From Octopus sinensis (taxonomy: Eukaryota): a stretch of DNA of 64,000 nt. Each line of letters starts with the position of its first letter. The stretch's first letter is position 1. A program made the translations under genes and the position numbers. The stretch lies in NCBI RefSeq assembly GCF_006345805.1, contig NC_042997.1, positions 42,780,001 through 42,844,000 on the forward strand, given 5' to 3'. Shown one piece after another: positions 50,902-64,000 of the stretch. The notes beneath the pieces were generated by a model that worked only from the letters and a program-made list of their open reading frames with translations, was not told where the DNA came from and did not search any database.

Positions 50902-51281
50902 CACTTGCGTCAGAAATTAATTAGCACTTCTCAAATTTCTACATTAAATAGGTTAAATCAATTAACCTATGAGCTGTTCAAAACATCTTACGCGATGAGA
51001 AAACTTAGTATGGTGTGATTTCGGTCCTTGCGAGGCGCTACCTATATCTATTAAACAAAGGAAGATTTGTCTGCATCCGCACTCCAAGTTGTTGTTGCAC
51101 TGCTATGTCAACATCATAAGGCTGTAGACTCTCAAACTGCTCTGCAAACAAAGTTACGTCATCGTTCTGCGCAACAGTGAACTCGCAACAAAGCAATAGT
51201 TCGAGATATGGCCACTAGGTGACAGCACATACCTTGAGTGAAGAGCAAATGAAGGGTGCTAATTAATTTCTGACGGTAGCG
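50902..51281. mobile_element. Tc1/mariner-type MITE
   Basis: TA-flanked 26-bp TIRs CACTTGCGTCAGAAATTAATTAGCAC / GTGCTAATTAATTTCTGACGGTAGCG. Confidence 0.85.
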
Positions 51282-53356
51282 TATGCTATGAAGTTTATAT
51301 TTATCTATCACTTTTATTGTCTAATATTCAATAATTTTAGAAATTTTCCTATTTGCAAGAATGATAGCTGGAAAGAAAATCATACAAGTTAACCCAGCAA
51401 TTGGTTTTTAGAATTGTAAATTACTTTTATTAGAAAAACTAAAAAAAAAAAACTAAAAACAAAAAGCTAAAAACAAGTAAAGCAGTCTGCTTTGGCTTCT
51501 GGTATGTGTAGAACCTATAACCTGCCTCGTCACAGAGTCATACTACCATTCCATCAGTCAACAGCCATGTTTAGAATGTTTACTTTCTTGTCTTATGTAA
51601 TCTCAGCCCACAATGATCTGCTAGAGCTGCTAATCACACAGCAATAATGAAGAACACATGCAAAGAAAGGAAACCTTTTATGAAATCAAGATGCTGTTAT
51701 AGTATATACATTATCTTTCACAAGAATATTGCTTTTAGGTGAAATACTGTCAAAAGTAGGCTTCAAATTCTATAAATCTTGCACCTAATTATCTATAGTC
51801 ATTTTTAGCAAAACTTTTTAGTGAAACTTATCAGAATCCTACACAGCCTCAACTTATTTATTTGGTGATCATGTTCTTTGTGATTATTAAACCTGAAGGT
51901 TCAGTTACTACTAACACCACTACTATGGCTGTTGTTGTTGTTACTACTACTACTACTACTACTACTACTACCTTAACTATAGCAATCGTTTTGTAAATTC
52001 CAATCCTTCACTCTACTAATGGGTTTTTCTGTTGAATGCTTTTCCAAATGTTACCCTTTCGTGTGTAACATGGAAGAAGTAACTACTTTTAGCATAACTC
52101 TAGACTGAAGTACATAACCCAATATCTTTTGCCTGGTTTAAACAACTCATAGTTATCTCTTCCATGTCACAGTTGTTTGATTAGCACTTGGAATAGAAAC
52201 ACATCTACTTCTCTTCATATCACCCCTACTGTGCCTATCCTCTTAAAGTCAGTATATAACAATTTGTCTAACATTTTCCCCAAGAAACACACCCAGAACC
52301 CACACCTTCTTCCTGGCCGTATTTCCTCCCTGGTACTAAACTGAAACAATTTGAATTGAACATTAATTACACTAACTACAATCCAATTATCTTTATCCTG
52401 CAATTGAGGGTAGTTTAAAAACATTATGTTCATTACAATCCCTTTTAGACTAATAATGTAAACACAAAATTGTCATCATTCTGTCAACATAATCACAAGA
52501 CATGCCATCAAACAGTACTATTTAGCAAGCCTTTTATTCTATCATTATTGTAATTGCTTTGTAAAATATTATCTCCCCCACCTCATCAGGTTGTTTTCTT
52601 TCCCCCATATCACCAACAATTTAAGCCTGAGATCAATAATTTATATTCACTTCAGTTATTTTTCTCTAGAGACCAATATTTTATGAGCTTAGACGAACTA
52701 ACAAAAAGAAAATGAATACAAAACAAAAGCAAAAATTAATTATTTAGTCTCTCATAAATGAGAGCATTTTGTTCTTTTTCAGTATTTCAAATTCTTGAGT
52801 GTGTGTGTGTGTGTGTGTGTGTGGGAGGAGGTTAAAGAAGAGGGGGCAGTCTATTTCCCTTCAGATTATTATTGCTAAGTCATATCTGTATTGAGCTCAG
52901 TCTTTTATAAAGCCATATGAAAAATTATAATAAACTACTAAAACACAAATAAGAATAACAATGTTAGCGTTATTGAAACTGAGGGTCAGTAGAACTGGAA
53001 TAAAGAATATTTGCAATTAAAATTTACTGGTGGTAAAAAAAAAAAATGATAATATTCTATTAAGGATTATGTTTGCTTTTTGTGACAAAAAGCTGTTATA
53101 AAAACTGCCAAAACTGTGCAGCAAGTATGGGAATTCTGAATTTATATATACCTCATTAACTGTACTATTATTTTCCACAGGAGAGGAAAGCAACATATGG
53201 TATTAATTTGGCAGTGTGAGTGAACAAAAGAGTGTAGACAACCCAGTTTCTTTTGGGGCTGCACTCTGCATTTCCTTTTGGAGTTAATTTCATTTTTCTT
53301 AACCGTTTTAGCATATTGAAGGCACAGTACAATTCAGTTTGTGAATAACAAGAGCA

Positions 53357-53403
<47 letters not shown>

Positions 53404-53477
53404 ATATATATATATCAATCAGCCATACAGAGTTTCCAAACTACTAAGGTGTTTGAACATTAAATTAAAACCTTATA

Positions 53478-53884
53478 GGCGCAGGAGTGGCTGTGTGGTA
53501 AGAAGCTTGCTTACCAGCCACATGGTTCCAGGTTCAGTCCCACTGCGTGGCACCTTGGGCAAGTGTCTTCTACTATAGCCCCGGGCCGACCAATGCCTTG
53601 TGAGTGGATTTGGTAGATGGAAACTAAAAGAAGCCCGTCGTATATATGTATATGTATATATGTGTGTGTGTTTGTGTGTCTGTGTTTGTCCCCCCCACCC
53701 AACATCGTTTGACAACCGATGCTGGTGCATTTACGTCCCTGTAACTTAGCGGTTCAGCAAAGAGACCGATAGGATAAGTACTAGGCTTACAAAGGATAAG
53801 TCCTGGGGTCGATTTGCTCGACTAAAGGCGGTGCTCCAGCATGGCTGCAGTCAAATGACTGAAACAAGTAACAGAATAACAGAA
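53478..53884 (+). mobile_element. SINE family B
   Basis: Full head and tail; followed by an RTE tail fragment at ~53895-54062. Confidence 0.9.
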
Positions 53885-54468
53885 AGTGTGCAGTTTACAC
53901 GTTAACAAAGTCACACTACACTCTGGGAGTGATTGGCATCAGGAAGGGCATCAAGTTGTATAAACCCAGGCCAAAATCCGACTGGAGCCTGGTACAGCTC
54001 TCTAGCTTACAAGTTCCAGTCGAACCGTCTAACCCATGTCAGCATAGAAAATGGGTGCTAAACCACTGCCACTGATAAGCAATTTACTCCAGAAAAGACT
54101 CATACACCTAGTTCTCTTCTTTGTAGTAGCTTTGAATATCTTCAGAAGTGCAAAACAAAGATGATAAACACTTGTCCACTACCAATACACTGCAGATGCT
54201 GTTTGATAATAAGTCCTACTTAGCAACACAGCACCAATTCAGCTGAGCTAACATATGCCTGTAACATTTCACTATGACATCTTCTGTGATGCCATTAACT
54301 ACTAAAATTGTTTCACTAACCAGTTACTTGATACCAGATATTTTTCATTTTGACATCCTCAATGTGGCTCTGCATCACAATTTACTGCAACAACTCAGAT
54401 TTAAGGAAAGGAAAAAGTTCCTTACTTTTCCATCATAGAAAAAGTTTCAACCTATCTACTCAAATGTA

Positions 54469-54669
54469 CGAGGCAGTGCTGAGAAGCTTCTGGTTTTAAG
54501 GATATCGTGAAAGGCCTGGTTGGAGGTCCAACCTTCTGAGTTCTTTTACAGGGCTTAAAAAAACTGAAGGACCACTGCAATAGGTGCGTGAATCTGAGAG
54601 GGGAATATGTTGAATGAAATCGTAATTAACTGATCCACCCAAAGTTAGGAACTTTTCAGCCCCCCTTTG
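54469..54669 (+). mobile_element. Mariner-derived MITE retaining the transposase C-terminus
   Basis: TA-flanked TIRs; 54549-54617 translates QGLKKLKDHCNRCVNLRGEYVE*. Confidence 0.85.
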
Positions 54670-54862
54670 TACATGCAGTGACCAATTCTCGTGACACACC
54701 ACTCCAGTCTCCAATCTGTATTCCTCATTTACCACTAATATTCAGAACCACGTTATCAATACATCTATTCTGTGATTTTGAACGATAGTTTTGTTATGAA
54801 GGTAACAGTGAAATATCCAATCACTCAACAATCATCTCCTATTCAACTAAATAGAGTTTATG

Positions 54863-55249
54863 GTGGAGGCGCAATGGCCCAGTGGTTAGGGCAGCGGACT
54901 CGCGGTCATAGGATCGCGGTTTCGATTCCCAGACTGGGCGTTGTGAGTGTTTATTGAGTGAAAACACCTAAAGCTCCACGAGGCTCCGGCAGGGGATGGT
55001 GGTGATCCCTGCTGTACTCTTTCACCACAACTTTCTCTCACTCTGACTTCCTGTTTCTGTTGTACCTGTATTTCAAAGGGCCGGCCTTGTCACTCTCTGT
55101 GTCACGCTGAATATCCCCGAGAACTGCGTTAAGGGTACACGTTTCTGTGGAGTGCTCAGCCACTTACACGTTAATTTCACGAGCAGGCTGTTCCGTTGAT
55201 TCGGATCAACCGGAACCCTCGTCGTCGTAACCGACGGAGTGCTTCCACC
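54863..55249 (+). mobile_element. SINE family A
   Basis: TSD AAATAGAGTTTATG (54849-54862/55250-55263). Confidence 0.93.
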
Positions 55250-56318
55250 AAATAGAGTTTATGTCAAGTAAACTATCACAGACCTTTACAGCACACTGTT
55301 GCGACATTGCACTTAGTACTCCTGTAATTGCATATTTGCTGACAGTTTCCATGGAATGCTTTTACATCATTTCTGAAGCAATTGTTTGTACTGCTTATAG
55401 TGAGAAGTGTGGCTAAAAACTTTCCTCCCAAGTAATGAGCTTAACACATAACCTATTACTGCTATTGTCGCCCACTCATTCCATCTCCAAACTTCACTTG
55501 GTTGCTCTTTAATTATATCTGCAATAGTATACATATAATTTACATAGAGGAAGTTCCAATATTGAACTCATATTTAGAGGAGACCCAATTCTCTACACAG
55601 ATTTTAGAACTTGTAAACAAACACAAAAAAGAAACAAAAAAAAAAAAGCAATTGAGAACCTGATCCCAGTTACATCTCCAGTTAAATGTCAAACTCCTTA
55701 TGGAATTATGTAGAAACACTTTGAATCTAGTTGTAGCACCATTAATGGAATGTTTTTTCTAGCAAGCATATTCAAGATTATATAACATTTTACATTGTGT
55801 GTAAGCTTGGATGAAAAATTAAATAAAAGTAGAAAAAGAAAATTCTATTCAAAATAAGCAAAATATAGAAGGAATTCAAATGACTGAAACTTAATTTTTG
55901 TGAGGTCAATACTTTTCTAAGGGTCAATAATGACAAAAATGTAGAGAAATCTAAGCCTGGTCACAGTTCTTGCCAGCTTTCAAGTCTTCATGTAGTTTAT
56001 TCTTAAGATAAGTCTTTTCTTGCTTTTTTTTTTTAAAAAAAGAGAAGAAAATTCTATTTGTAAGCTTATTAAAAGTAAATTTAGCATCACCTAAACCTAT
56101 TTTCACACTGAAGTCTTCCAGGACTTGCAAAAAGTTGTGGGCATAAATCATTATAGATTATATTTGCTGACACTTCAGTAGTTATGAGAACTAAACTTGC
56201 AAATTCCTCACATGATACATATCAGCTAATCTCCCTTGAGACAGTAGCAAACTGTAGGGCTCTACTTAAATGGCCAAAGGTACACTCATCTTTGTCATCA
56301 AACGAAGACAAACTTTAA

Positions 56319-56539
56319 CCCTTTAGTGTTCACATTATTCTGCCAACATTAATCCTTTTTCATCCATATTGCCTTGAACTAATCAGGCATCATCTTGTAG
56401 CTATGAGATTTTGATGAGGTAGCTGTTAATTTTTAAAACGATATTGTAGGGTTGGTGTGAGAGACCAGATCTGGCCAGTTTGAACATATAACAGGCAGAA
56501 TACTTTTGGCTGGATATGGCCGGTTTAAATGCTAAAGGG
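56319..56539 (+). mobile_element. TTAA-type (piggyBac-like) MITE
   Basis: TTAA|CCCTTTAG...CTAAAGGG|TTAA. Confidence 0.85.
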
Positions 56540-56754
56540 TTAAGCAATAGTTTTGTAAATTTCTACTTGGAAGATAGTGGTATGGCCATCAAGTAACAAA
56601 TTGGACAATTGATAAAGTCAATTTTTTAAAATCAATATCACATGGAACTAATTTTATTATATAGCTCAGAGATATGGTTGTTATTTGTGGAAGACACATC
56701 CAACATTAAAACAAATTCATGGGACTTTATCAGTCATTTCCACAAACAATGAGA

Positions 56755-56965
56755 CAACAAAGCACAACCTGCTGGTCACTACTTTTGAGCAAAAGATGAG
56801 CAAATGATGTAATCGTCCTCTGAAGACTTCAGTCAGCTGGTGGGAAATTTCACAACCAGCCCTCCTAACCAGATGTCATTGCTAAAGATTTGAGATATAA
56901 AGTGTGAAACCTTACTGTAGTAATACAGGACCATAAACTCTGGAGAGAAGTAATGCCCGTCTCAA
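56755..56965 (+). mobile_element. Possible RTE-like ORF 3' fragment, very decayed
   Basis: AGH..KDE and QDHKLWREVM resemble a LINE C-terminus. Confidence 0.35.
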
Positions 56966-57179
56966 CTGGAGAGACTACACCAGTCATGGGCAAACAGTGG
57001 CCCAAAGGAATTTCTGATTGACACACCTAATGAAAGATCATTCTGAATTTTTTATATAGTGCAGCCTGCCAGAGGATGAGTGGTATTTCACATGGCCTGC
57101 TTCCTGATAAGGCTGCCCTTAGCTGGACTAAATGATGGCACAACAAGGACTAATTAATTCATGGATAGTTTCAAAGAGT

Positions 57180-57505
57180 GAAGGTGCATGGTGTGGTGGT
57201 TAGGGTATTCAGTTCACAATCGCAAGGTCGTGAGTTCAATTCCCGGCGATGTGCTGCGTCCTTGAGCAAGACACTTTATTTCATGTTGCTCAAGTCCACT
57301 CAGCTGGCAAAAACGAGTAGTACCTGTATTTCAAAGGGTCAGCCTTGTCACACTCTGTGTCACGCTGAATCTCCCTGAGAAGTACGTTAGGGGTACACAT
57401 GTCTGTGGAGTGCTCAACCACTTGGGCACTAATTTCATGAGTAGGCTGTTCCATTGACTGGATCAACTGGAACCCTTGTCATCATAACTGATGGAGGGCC
57501 GGTGC
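57180..57505 (+). mobile_element. Chimeric SINE: family E head/CORE joined to family A 3' half
   Basis: TTGAGCAAGACACTTTATTTC.. joined to TACCTGTATTTCAAAGGG..GTCTGTGGAGTGCTC.. Confidence 0.8.
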
Positions 57506-59003
57506 AGTTCCAAAGAAATTAACAGATTTTTTTTTAAACAAATGTAAAGTACAAGCAAATTCAAAAACAAAGTGATATGATTGCCTATTCAGAGTCCAGT
57601 CCAGTTCTTCCATTTGGTGGAACAACGAAAGTGAAACTGCTATAAAAATATGAATTTAAATTAATGATCTCGTTTGCATACACAAACTTAGAAAGGAATT
57701 TTTGTTATCTGTGTAATCATATATAAAAATGTAAGTTCATTGACTATCTTAATTGTTTCCTTTGGTGGTGTCATATCAAACCAAAATTGTTCCCAACAGT
57801 AGTTTGACTCATTTTTACATCATATGAGAGGGAGTGGGAAGGGGGAGAGAGAGGGGTGGGAGAGGGGGAGGGAGAGGGGGAGGGGATGCTTAGGATGGGT
57901 GATATATTATGGAATTTGATAGGGTAGCTGATTGCTATTATTATTCTTACATAGTGATATTATGAAGGAAGCAGGAATGTGGGGAGTGGTTTATCATGCT
58001 ATGAAGTAATTATAAACACACATTGTTATATCTTTGGTAAATATCTCTATCACATAAAGCAAGCTGTTTACTTAAAAAAGATTGCACACACACACACACA
58101 CACACACACCATAAACTAGTTTTGAAAAAGTAGTGACACAGTCTCAAAGAACTACACATTCCTTTTTGGCAGTCTCACTGACATCATACAGCATCATGAT
58201 AATCTCAGTGTTGATATTAATGACAAAAAAAGTTATAATACTGTAATGGGGGTGGTGGTTTAGTTAATTACTTCTCCTATTCTAACTATTTGTCATAAAT
58301 GCCCAAAACAGGGGCCCTCTACAGAGTTTCTTAAAGCAACTAAATCTCTCTCAAACAATACTTTGACACTTTAGTGTTTTATGAAAAGAAGGGCATGTTG
58401 AATACTATGCTTGAAAGACATTAAAAAAAGGAAACAAGTTTGATTGGAACATCACATCATTGATAATTGGTCTGCTCAACAAGGGCTAGCCTGGGGCTAA
58501 ACAATGACATTTATTTGTCAATGTTAAAAAAAAAGAACCCAAATAGCTAATAATACAGGTATGGCTGTCACGATGTGGTACCTAGGGCAAGTGTCTTCTA
58601 TTATAGCCCTGGGCTGACCAATGCTTTGTGAGTGACTCTGGTAGATGGAAACTGTGTGGAAGCCCATCACATACATAAGCATGTGTAAGTGTATGTCTTT
58701 GTGTTTGTCACCCACCACAAAACAATGGTGCTGTTGAGCTGATGTCTCCATAATTTAGCAGTTCAGCAAAAGGGACCAACAGAATAAGTACCAGATTTAA
58801 AGGGTAAGTACTGGGGCTGGTTTGTTCAAGTAAACCCTTTCAAGTAGTGCTCCAGTATGGTCACAGTTCAATAACTGAAACAAGTTAAAGATAAATACAG
58901 TGATAGAAACTGACATGCTTGTGCTCAATGATAATCTCTTCTCCAATATTTTCTCCCCATCTATATAACCAATGATAAATCCATTCTGTTTATTTAGCTT
59001 TAA

Positions 59004-59225
59004 CCCTTTAGCAATTAAACCGGCCATATCCGGCCAAAAGTATTCTGCCTATTCTATGCTCAAACTGGCCAGATCTGGTCTCTAACACCAACCCCACAAT
59101 ATCGTTTTAAAAATTAACAGCTACCTCATCAAAATCTCATAGCATCAAGATTAATGCCTGATTAGTTCAAGGCAATGTGGATAGAAAAGGATTAATTTGG
59201 GCAGAATAATGTGAACACTAAAGGG
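59004..59225 (-). mobile_element. TTAA-type (piggyBac-like) MITE
   Basis: Reverse complement of 56319-56539, TTAA at both ends. Confidence 0.85.
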
Positions 59226-60477
59226 TTAAAGACAGGTAGGAAATGATGCAAGTAGGTACAGTAACAGAATGTTCAGTGAGAGCAAAAACTACTAATAGTT
59301 CTTGAGTTCAAATTCACTGAGACCTTTTACTATGTAAGTGGACACTACATTAAATTCTACATGCTTCATTTCACCAGCAACAGTGATATCCAGTCCAATA
59401 AACCTCATTGTAGGCCACTCGGATTTAATTCATCAGCAACAAAATACAAGAGGCAAGAACAAATACTAAATAGACACCTTCAGAGCTTCTCTTTTTTTTT
59501 CTTCTTTGTTATTCACTTGTTATTTTCCCATTACTTTTGTAGGGTAACTAGAGCATTGACTATGGATAACTTGAAAACTACAGAGCTAAAAAGATCAAGC
59601 TCTGTTAGTCCTTAAATTAAGACACATTTTCTACATTAATCTCAACCTAATTTACAGTTAAGGAAGTACTGCAGCTACATCAGTGCTTTCTGGTTAACTT
59701 ATCAGGAGCTTGCCTCTTGCCTTTTGCTAAACAATTTCAGAACAAAGAGTTGACAAGACAGCTTTTCTATATCTGTTTATCTGGTTCAATGTGTTAATCA
59801 GATTTCCTTGGACTCCACATCAATCTTAAAACCACAAAAACCACAAAGCTGTAGTTTTAAGTCTTTAAACAACACTCCTACCACCATCATCATTACTATA
59901 ATTAAAATAACCGAAGCTATAAATGCTGAATAAATGCTTCATTTGGTTAGTTATTTCCACACCAAAACTAACCGGAGAACACAATAACAAATTTTAGAAC
60001 CAAAAAAAAAAAAAAATTTCATTTTTAAATATCTCTCGAAAGCTATGATTGTAGGTGGGATGCTGATAAGAAGGGGAAAAAAAATAGAAGAAAGTGAGAT
60101 AAATGTGACAATTATGAAACTTAATTTGGCATGCAAAAGTAATCAGTTGAAGCAAATACCATTACATTCAGAAAGGAAAATGTCATCTAAAAGAAGAAAG
60201 AAGAAGAAAAAGTCATCCTTCAATAAGCTGGTGGGCTGAGGCAAACGATTTGCTTGAAAACATATTATTCATCAGAGCAAAGGCATTGAAGGAATAACGG
60301 TAAATAAAACACTTGACTAAATATTATTGAATAATATGTATCAAAGCTATCATCAGAATGGTTTTTAACTAAATATCACTGATCTGCTCTGTTCTCCAAT
60401 CAATTATTAAATGTTATCACTTTGAAGATCACCAAAGAATGTATTATGAAAATGCCTTCGTTATTTTAAGGAAATTC

Positions 60478-60690
60478 ATGATCTGGCAGAATTGTAAGTG
60501 CATTGGACAAAATGCTTAGTGGCATTTCTTGCAGATCTTTAGGTTCTGAGTTCAAATCCTGCTGAAGTCATCTTTGCCTTTCATTTCTTTCAAATCAGTA
60601 AAATAAAGCACTAGTCATGTACTGAGCTCGTCAATGTAATCAACTAACCTACTCTCACTAAAATTCTCATCCTTGTACCAAAATTTTAAA
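60478..60690 (+). mobile_element. SINE family C-related, old copy
   Basis: CTGGCAGAA..GAGTTCAAATCC..TTTGCCTTTCAT. Confidence 0.6.
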
Positions 60691-60948
60691 CTATTACATT
60701 TAAGAAAGCAACTGCATATTTCACACACACACACACACACACACACTCTCTCTCTCTCTCTCTCTCTCTCACTCACTCACAAAAGAAAGGGTTACCACAC
60801 AAAATCACCCACATCTTTTGATTGACAAGCAATAGGACTCAACTCAAGTCATGAGATTATGAAGTAAAGGCTTTTGACCATAGCACCATACATGTACATA
60901 CATACATATATATATATGTGTGTGTATGTATGTATGTATGTATGTATG

Positions 60949-60979
<31 letters not shown>

Positions 60980-61392
60980 CAATGCAGGTGTGAATGTGTG
61001 GTTAAGAAGTTCCCATTGCAACAATGTAGAGAGAGTCAAGTTCAGTCCCACAATGCAGCAAATGTCCTTCCACTATAACCCTGGGCCAATCAATGCAGAA
61101 AATATGAGAAATCCTACCATATGTGTTTGCATGCCTGCACATGGGGGAGGTAGAGAGAGAGAATGGGAGGGGAGGAGTGAAGGAGGCAGAGAGCATAAAT
61201 GCTATTTCAGTGTCATCATTAGCACCACTGAAGCAAAAGACTGACATTTACTTTCCCCAGTAAACAGAGCTGAATAGTTCAGCAGTCATACGATGACCAC
61301 TGAATTGGAAAAAAAAAAAACAAGAGCATTCAGTGATAGATAATCTGCCTCAATATAGTCCATACACACACACATCATATATATATATATCA

Positions 61393-61785
61393 CCATCATC
61401 ATCATCATCGTTTAGCGTCCACTTTCCATGCTGGTATGGGTTGGACGGTGCAACTGAGGTCTGGGAAGCCAGAAGGCTGCACCAGTCTCCAGTCTGATCT
61501 GGCAGTGTTTCTACAGCTGGATGCTGTTCCTAACGCCAACCACTCCATGAGTGTTGTGGGTGCTTTTTACGTGCCGCCGGCACAGGTGCCAGATGAGGCT
61601 GGCAAATGGCCACGGTCGGATGGTGCTTTTTACGTGCCACGGGCACGGAAGCCAGTTGGGGTGTCACTGGCAACGGCCACGTTCGGATGGCTCTCTTATG
61701 TGCCACCGGCACTGGTATCACAGCTACAATTTCCATTGATGTTGATCGATTTAGCTTTTGATTTCACTTGCCTCAACAGGTCTTC
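61393..61785 (-). mobile_element. RTE 3' UTR/tail
   Basis: (ATC)n, tail, 3 units and CACTTGCCTCAACAGGTCTTCA as in 10866-10888. Confidence 0.88.
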
Positions 61786-61837
61786 ATACACACACACACA
61801 CACACATATATATACACACACACACACATGCATATAT

Positions 61838-62098
61838 ATCATCATCACCAACATCATCATCGTTTAACGTCAGCTTTCCATGCTGGCATAGGTTGGACGG
61901 TTTGACTGAGGGCTGGCAAGCCAGAAGGCTGCACCAGTCTCCAATCTGGTCTGGCAAAGTTTCTAACAGCTGGATGCTCTTCCTAACGCCAACCACTTTC
62001 AGAGTGCAGCAGATACTTTTTACATGCCACCGGCATGAGGGCCAATCAGGCAGTACTGGCATCGACCACACTCGAATGATGCTTTTTACGTGCCACCA
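61838..62098 (-). mobile_element. RTE 3' tail fragment
   Basis: Conserved tail and two units. Confidence 0.82.
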
Positions 62099-63459
62099 GC
62101 ACATATGCATATATATATATATGCACACACACACACACACACACGCATACACACACAAGTAAGCACATAAATGTAAAACAAGGTGGAAAAAATAGTACTC
62201 GAATATTGTGGGTAGATGAAGAGTCCTGATCACAACTGTCTGGGGAACAGGAATGTGAAACTCTGGATGAGTTTTTGTGATGTTTTTGCAGTTTTAATTA
62301 AAAAATTATACATGCACACACACACACACACACAGATACATATATTCACACATACACAAGCCAATATAAATACGAACATTAAGTTATGATGATACATCTT
62401 ACATATATAAACATGCACACATACACAAACAACATTATCATTGTCTCATTTTACACCCAAGTAGAGACAACTGTTTCAATGTAAAGATCTAAGGTGAATG
62501 TATAAACTTTTACCTGAAATATTTGTGGCTAGCAACACATATTTTGACAACATAATTAAATGCTTAAAACCAACTTAACTTTTGCATACATAAAGCATAA
62601 ACAAAGCACTATTGTACTTCAAGAGATCACTTTTCTATTCATGACATTATCCATTGATGTCATTCTGATATTACAACATTTAAATAAAAAGCACTGGAAA
62701 AGCAATGCAAACACTCTTTATAGATGTAAGAATAAGTACACATCTCTATACATTTACTATTGAAAATATAAGCCATTTTATACACAAATACTCTATTATA
62801 TACATGTTATACATGAGCACTTGCATATATGCACTCAAACACACACACTCTCTCTTTGTCTCTTTGAAATGCAACATTTCAGATGTAGTGATATTTTTCT
62901 ATCTTATATCATATAAAGTATATTGCTGATGCAAATTTATGATAAATTTAGTTTTCAATCTATACATGTCATTCTACATTTAACTTTTCTATGCCAGTGG
63001 TAAATGAAGTGAATTGAGCAACAGGAGAAGAACACCAAGAAAACTCTGACAGAAGTATGAACATAGAAGTAGATTTTAAAGAAGATCCAAAACAGTATGG
63101 AAGCACACAAAAATAGAAAGACAATAGAAACTAAATACAACATATATTATTGAAAATTATTAGATAGGACTTTAAATATAAAGAGCATCCAGCAATGGGA
63201 CCCTAGTTCAAGAGTCTCAGGGTTTTCAGGAGTGTGGAACCATCTCTGATTAGTGTTCCCAGGTCTGCTCTGACCTGGGGACAATAGTGGATAAGAGATG
63301 TAACACCTAACAGGACCCTAGTTAGGGGTTGTTAGTATGTCACAGTGTTATCATTCAATTTCATATATACCTCCAAAAAGAGGTCACTCACAGATATCCC
63401 TATGGACTCAGGGGTGATGAAACCTTTCAGCTCTTAGCTGTTCATCTAAGAAATGTAGT

Positions 63460-63730
63460 GAAGGTGCATGGCTCGGTGGTTTTAGAGTGTAGGGCTCACA
63501 ATCGTGAGGTAGTGAGTTCGATTCTCAGACCAGGTTGTGTGTTGTGTTCTTGAGCAAGACACTTTATTTCATGTTGCTCCAGTTCACTCAGTTGTAGAAA
63601 TGAATAGCAACATCACTGGTGCCAAGCTGTATCAGCCTTTGCCCTTTTCTTGGATAACATCGGTGGAGTGGAGAGGGGAGGAGGTGGAATCCCATGATCA
63701 TTCATGACCAAAGGGGGTCTTTGTCCTTTA
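63460..63730 (+). mobile_element. SINE family E with internal deletion
   Basis: Colinear with 20757-21093. Confidence 0.8.
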
Positions 63731-64000
63731 TAAGAAAAGGTAACTCCACACAAATCCTGCATCCTGATGACTACCAAGCACTAATTGCACCAGAGCTATA
63801 CAAGTCTGAAGGATGAGAGAGTGGAAACTGGCTCTACATAAACCAGCCCCTCTACAACAATATTCATCATGAAGCTGTCCTGCAAACCAAGACACCAATG
63901 CCAACACCATCGGACTTTCTTCACAAGTCCAATGGTGATAGGGAAAGAGGTGATATGGACAGGTAGAGTATGCAACTGGAAGTCCTCACCTTTGACACTG

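Noticed and set aside
53181-53199. 19-nt plus-strand micro-exon candidate (TTTTCCACAG|..ATG|GTATTA)
   Set aside because: Such signals occur by chance in 64 kb of AT-rich DNA; no supporting neighbours.
57828-57890. G-rich tract with G-quadruplex potential
   Set aside because: Ordinary low-complexity purine run with no context suggesting function.
63765-63850. Other CTGATGA/CTGAAGA hits (also ~29365, 56821, 59430, 60269)
   Set aside because: No stem II closed by GAAA and no stem I, so not hammerheads.

Overview
AT-rich eukaryotic, repeat-dominated DNA. The SINE families and microsatellites look like an octopus/coleoid cephalopod genome (inference from memory, not verifiable here). No host protein-coding gene could be identified with confidence. 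Most ORF-track entries are translations of microsatellites or repeats; the rest are decayed transposon ORFs. The window holds four tRNA-headed SINE families, about 20 5'-truncated RTE LINE pieces plus one APE-RT body, relics of L1/Tx1-like, Hero-like and Penelope-like retroelements, a truncated mariner, several MITEs and a non-autonomous Helitron. The most interesting signal is three distinct families of type-I hammerhead ribozyme motifs. Two sit in head-to-head palindromes, and one of these is a tRNA-headed, hammerhead-tailed dimer (47852-48367) inserted as one unit with a 14-bp target-site duplication. The RTE 3' UTR also carries a variable tandem array of ~60-nt units that fit a compact H-type pseudoknot. 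Coordinates were counted by hand and are approximate for decayed elements.
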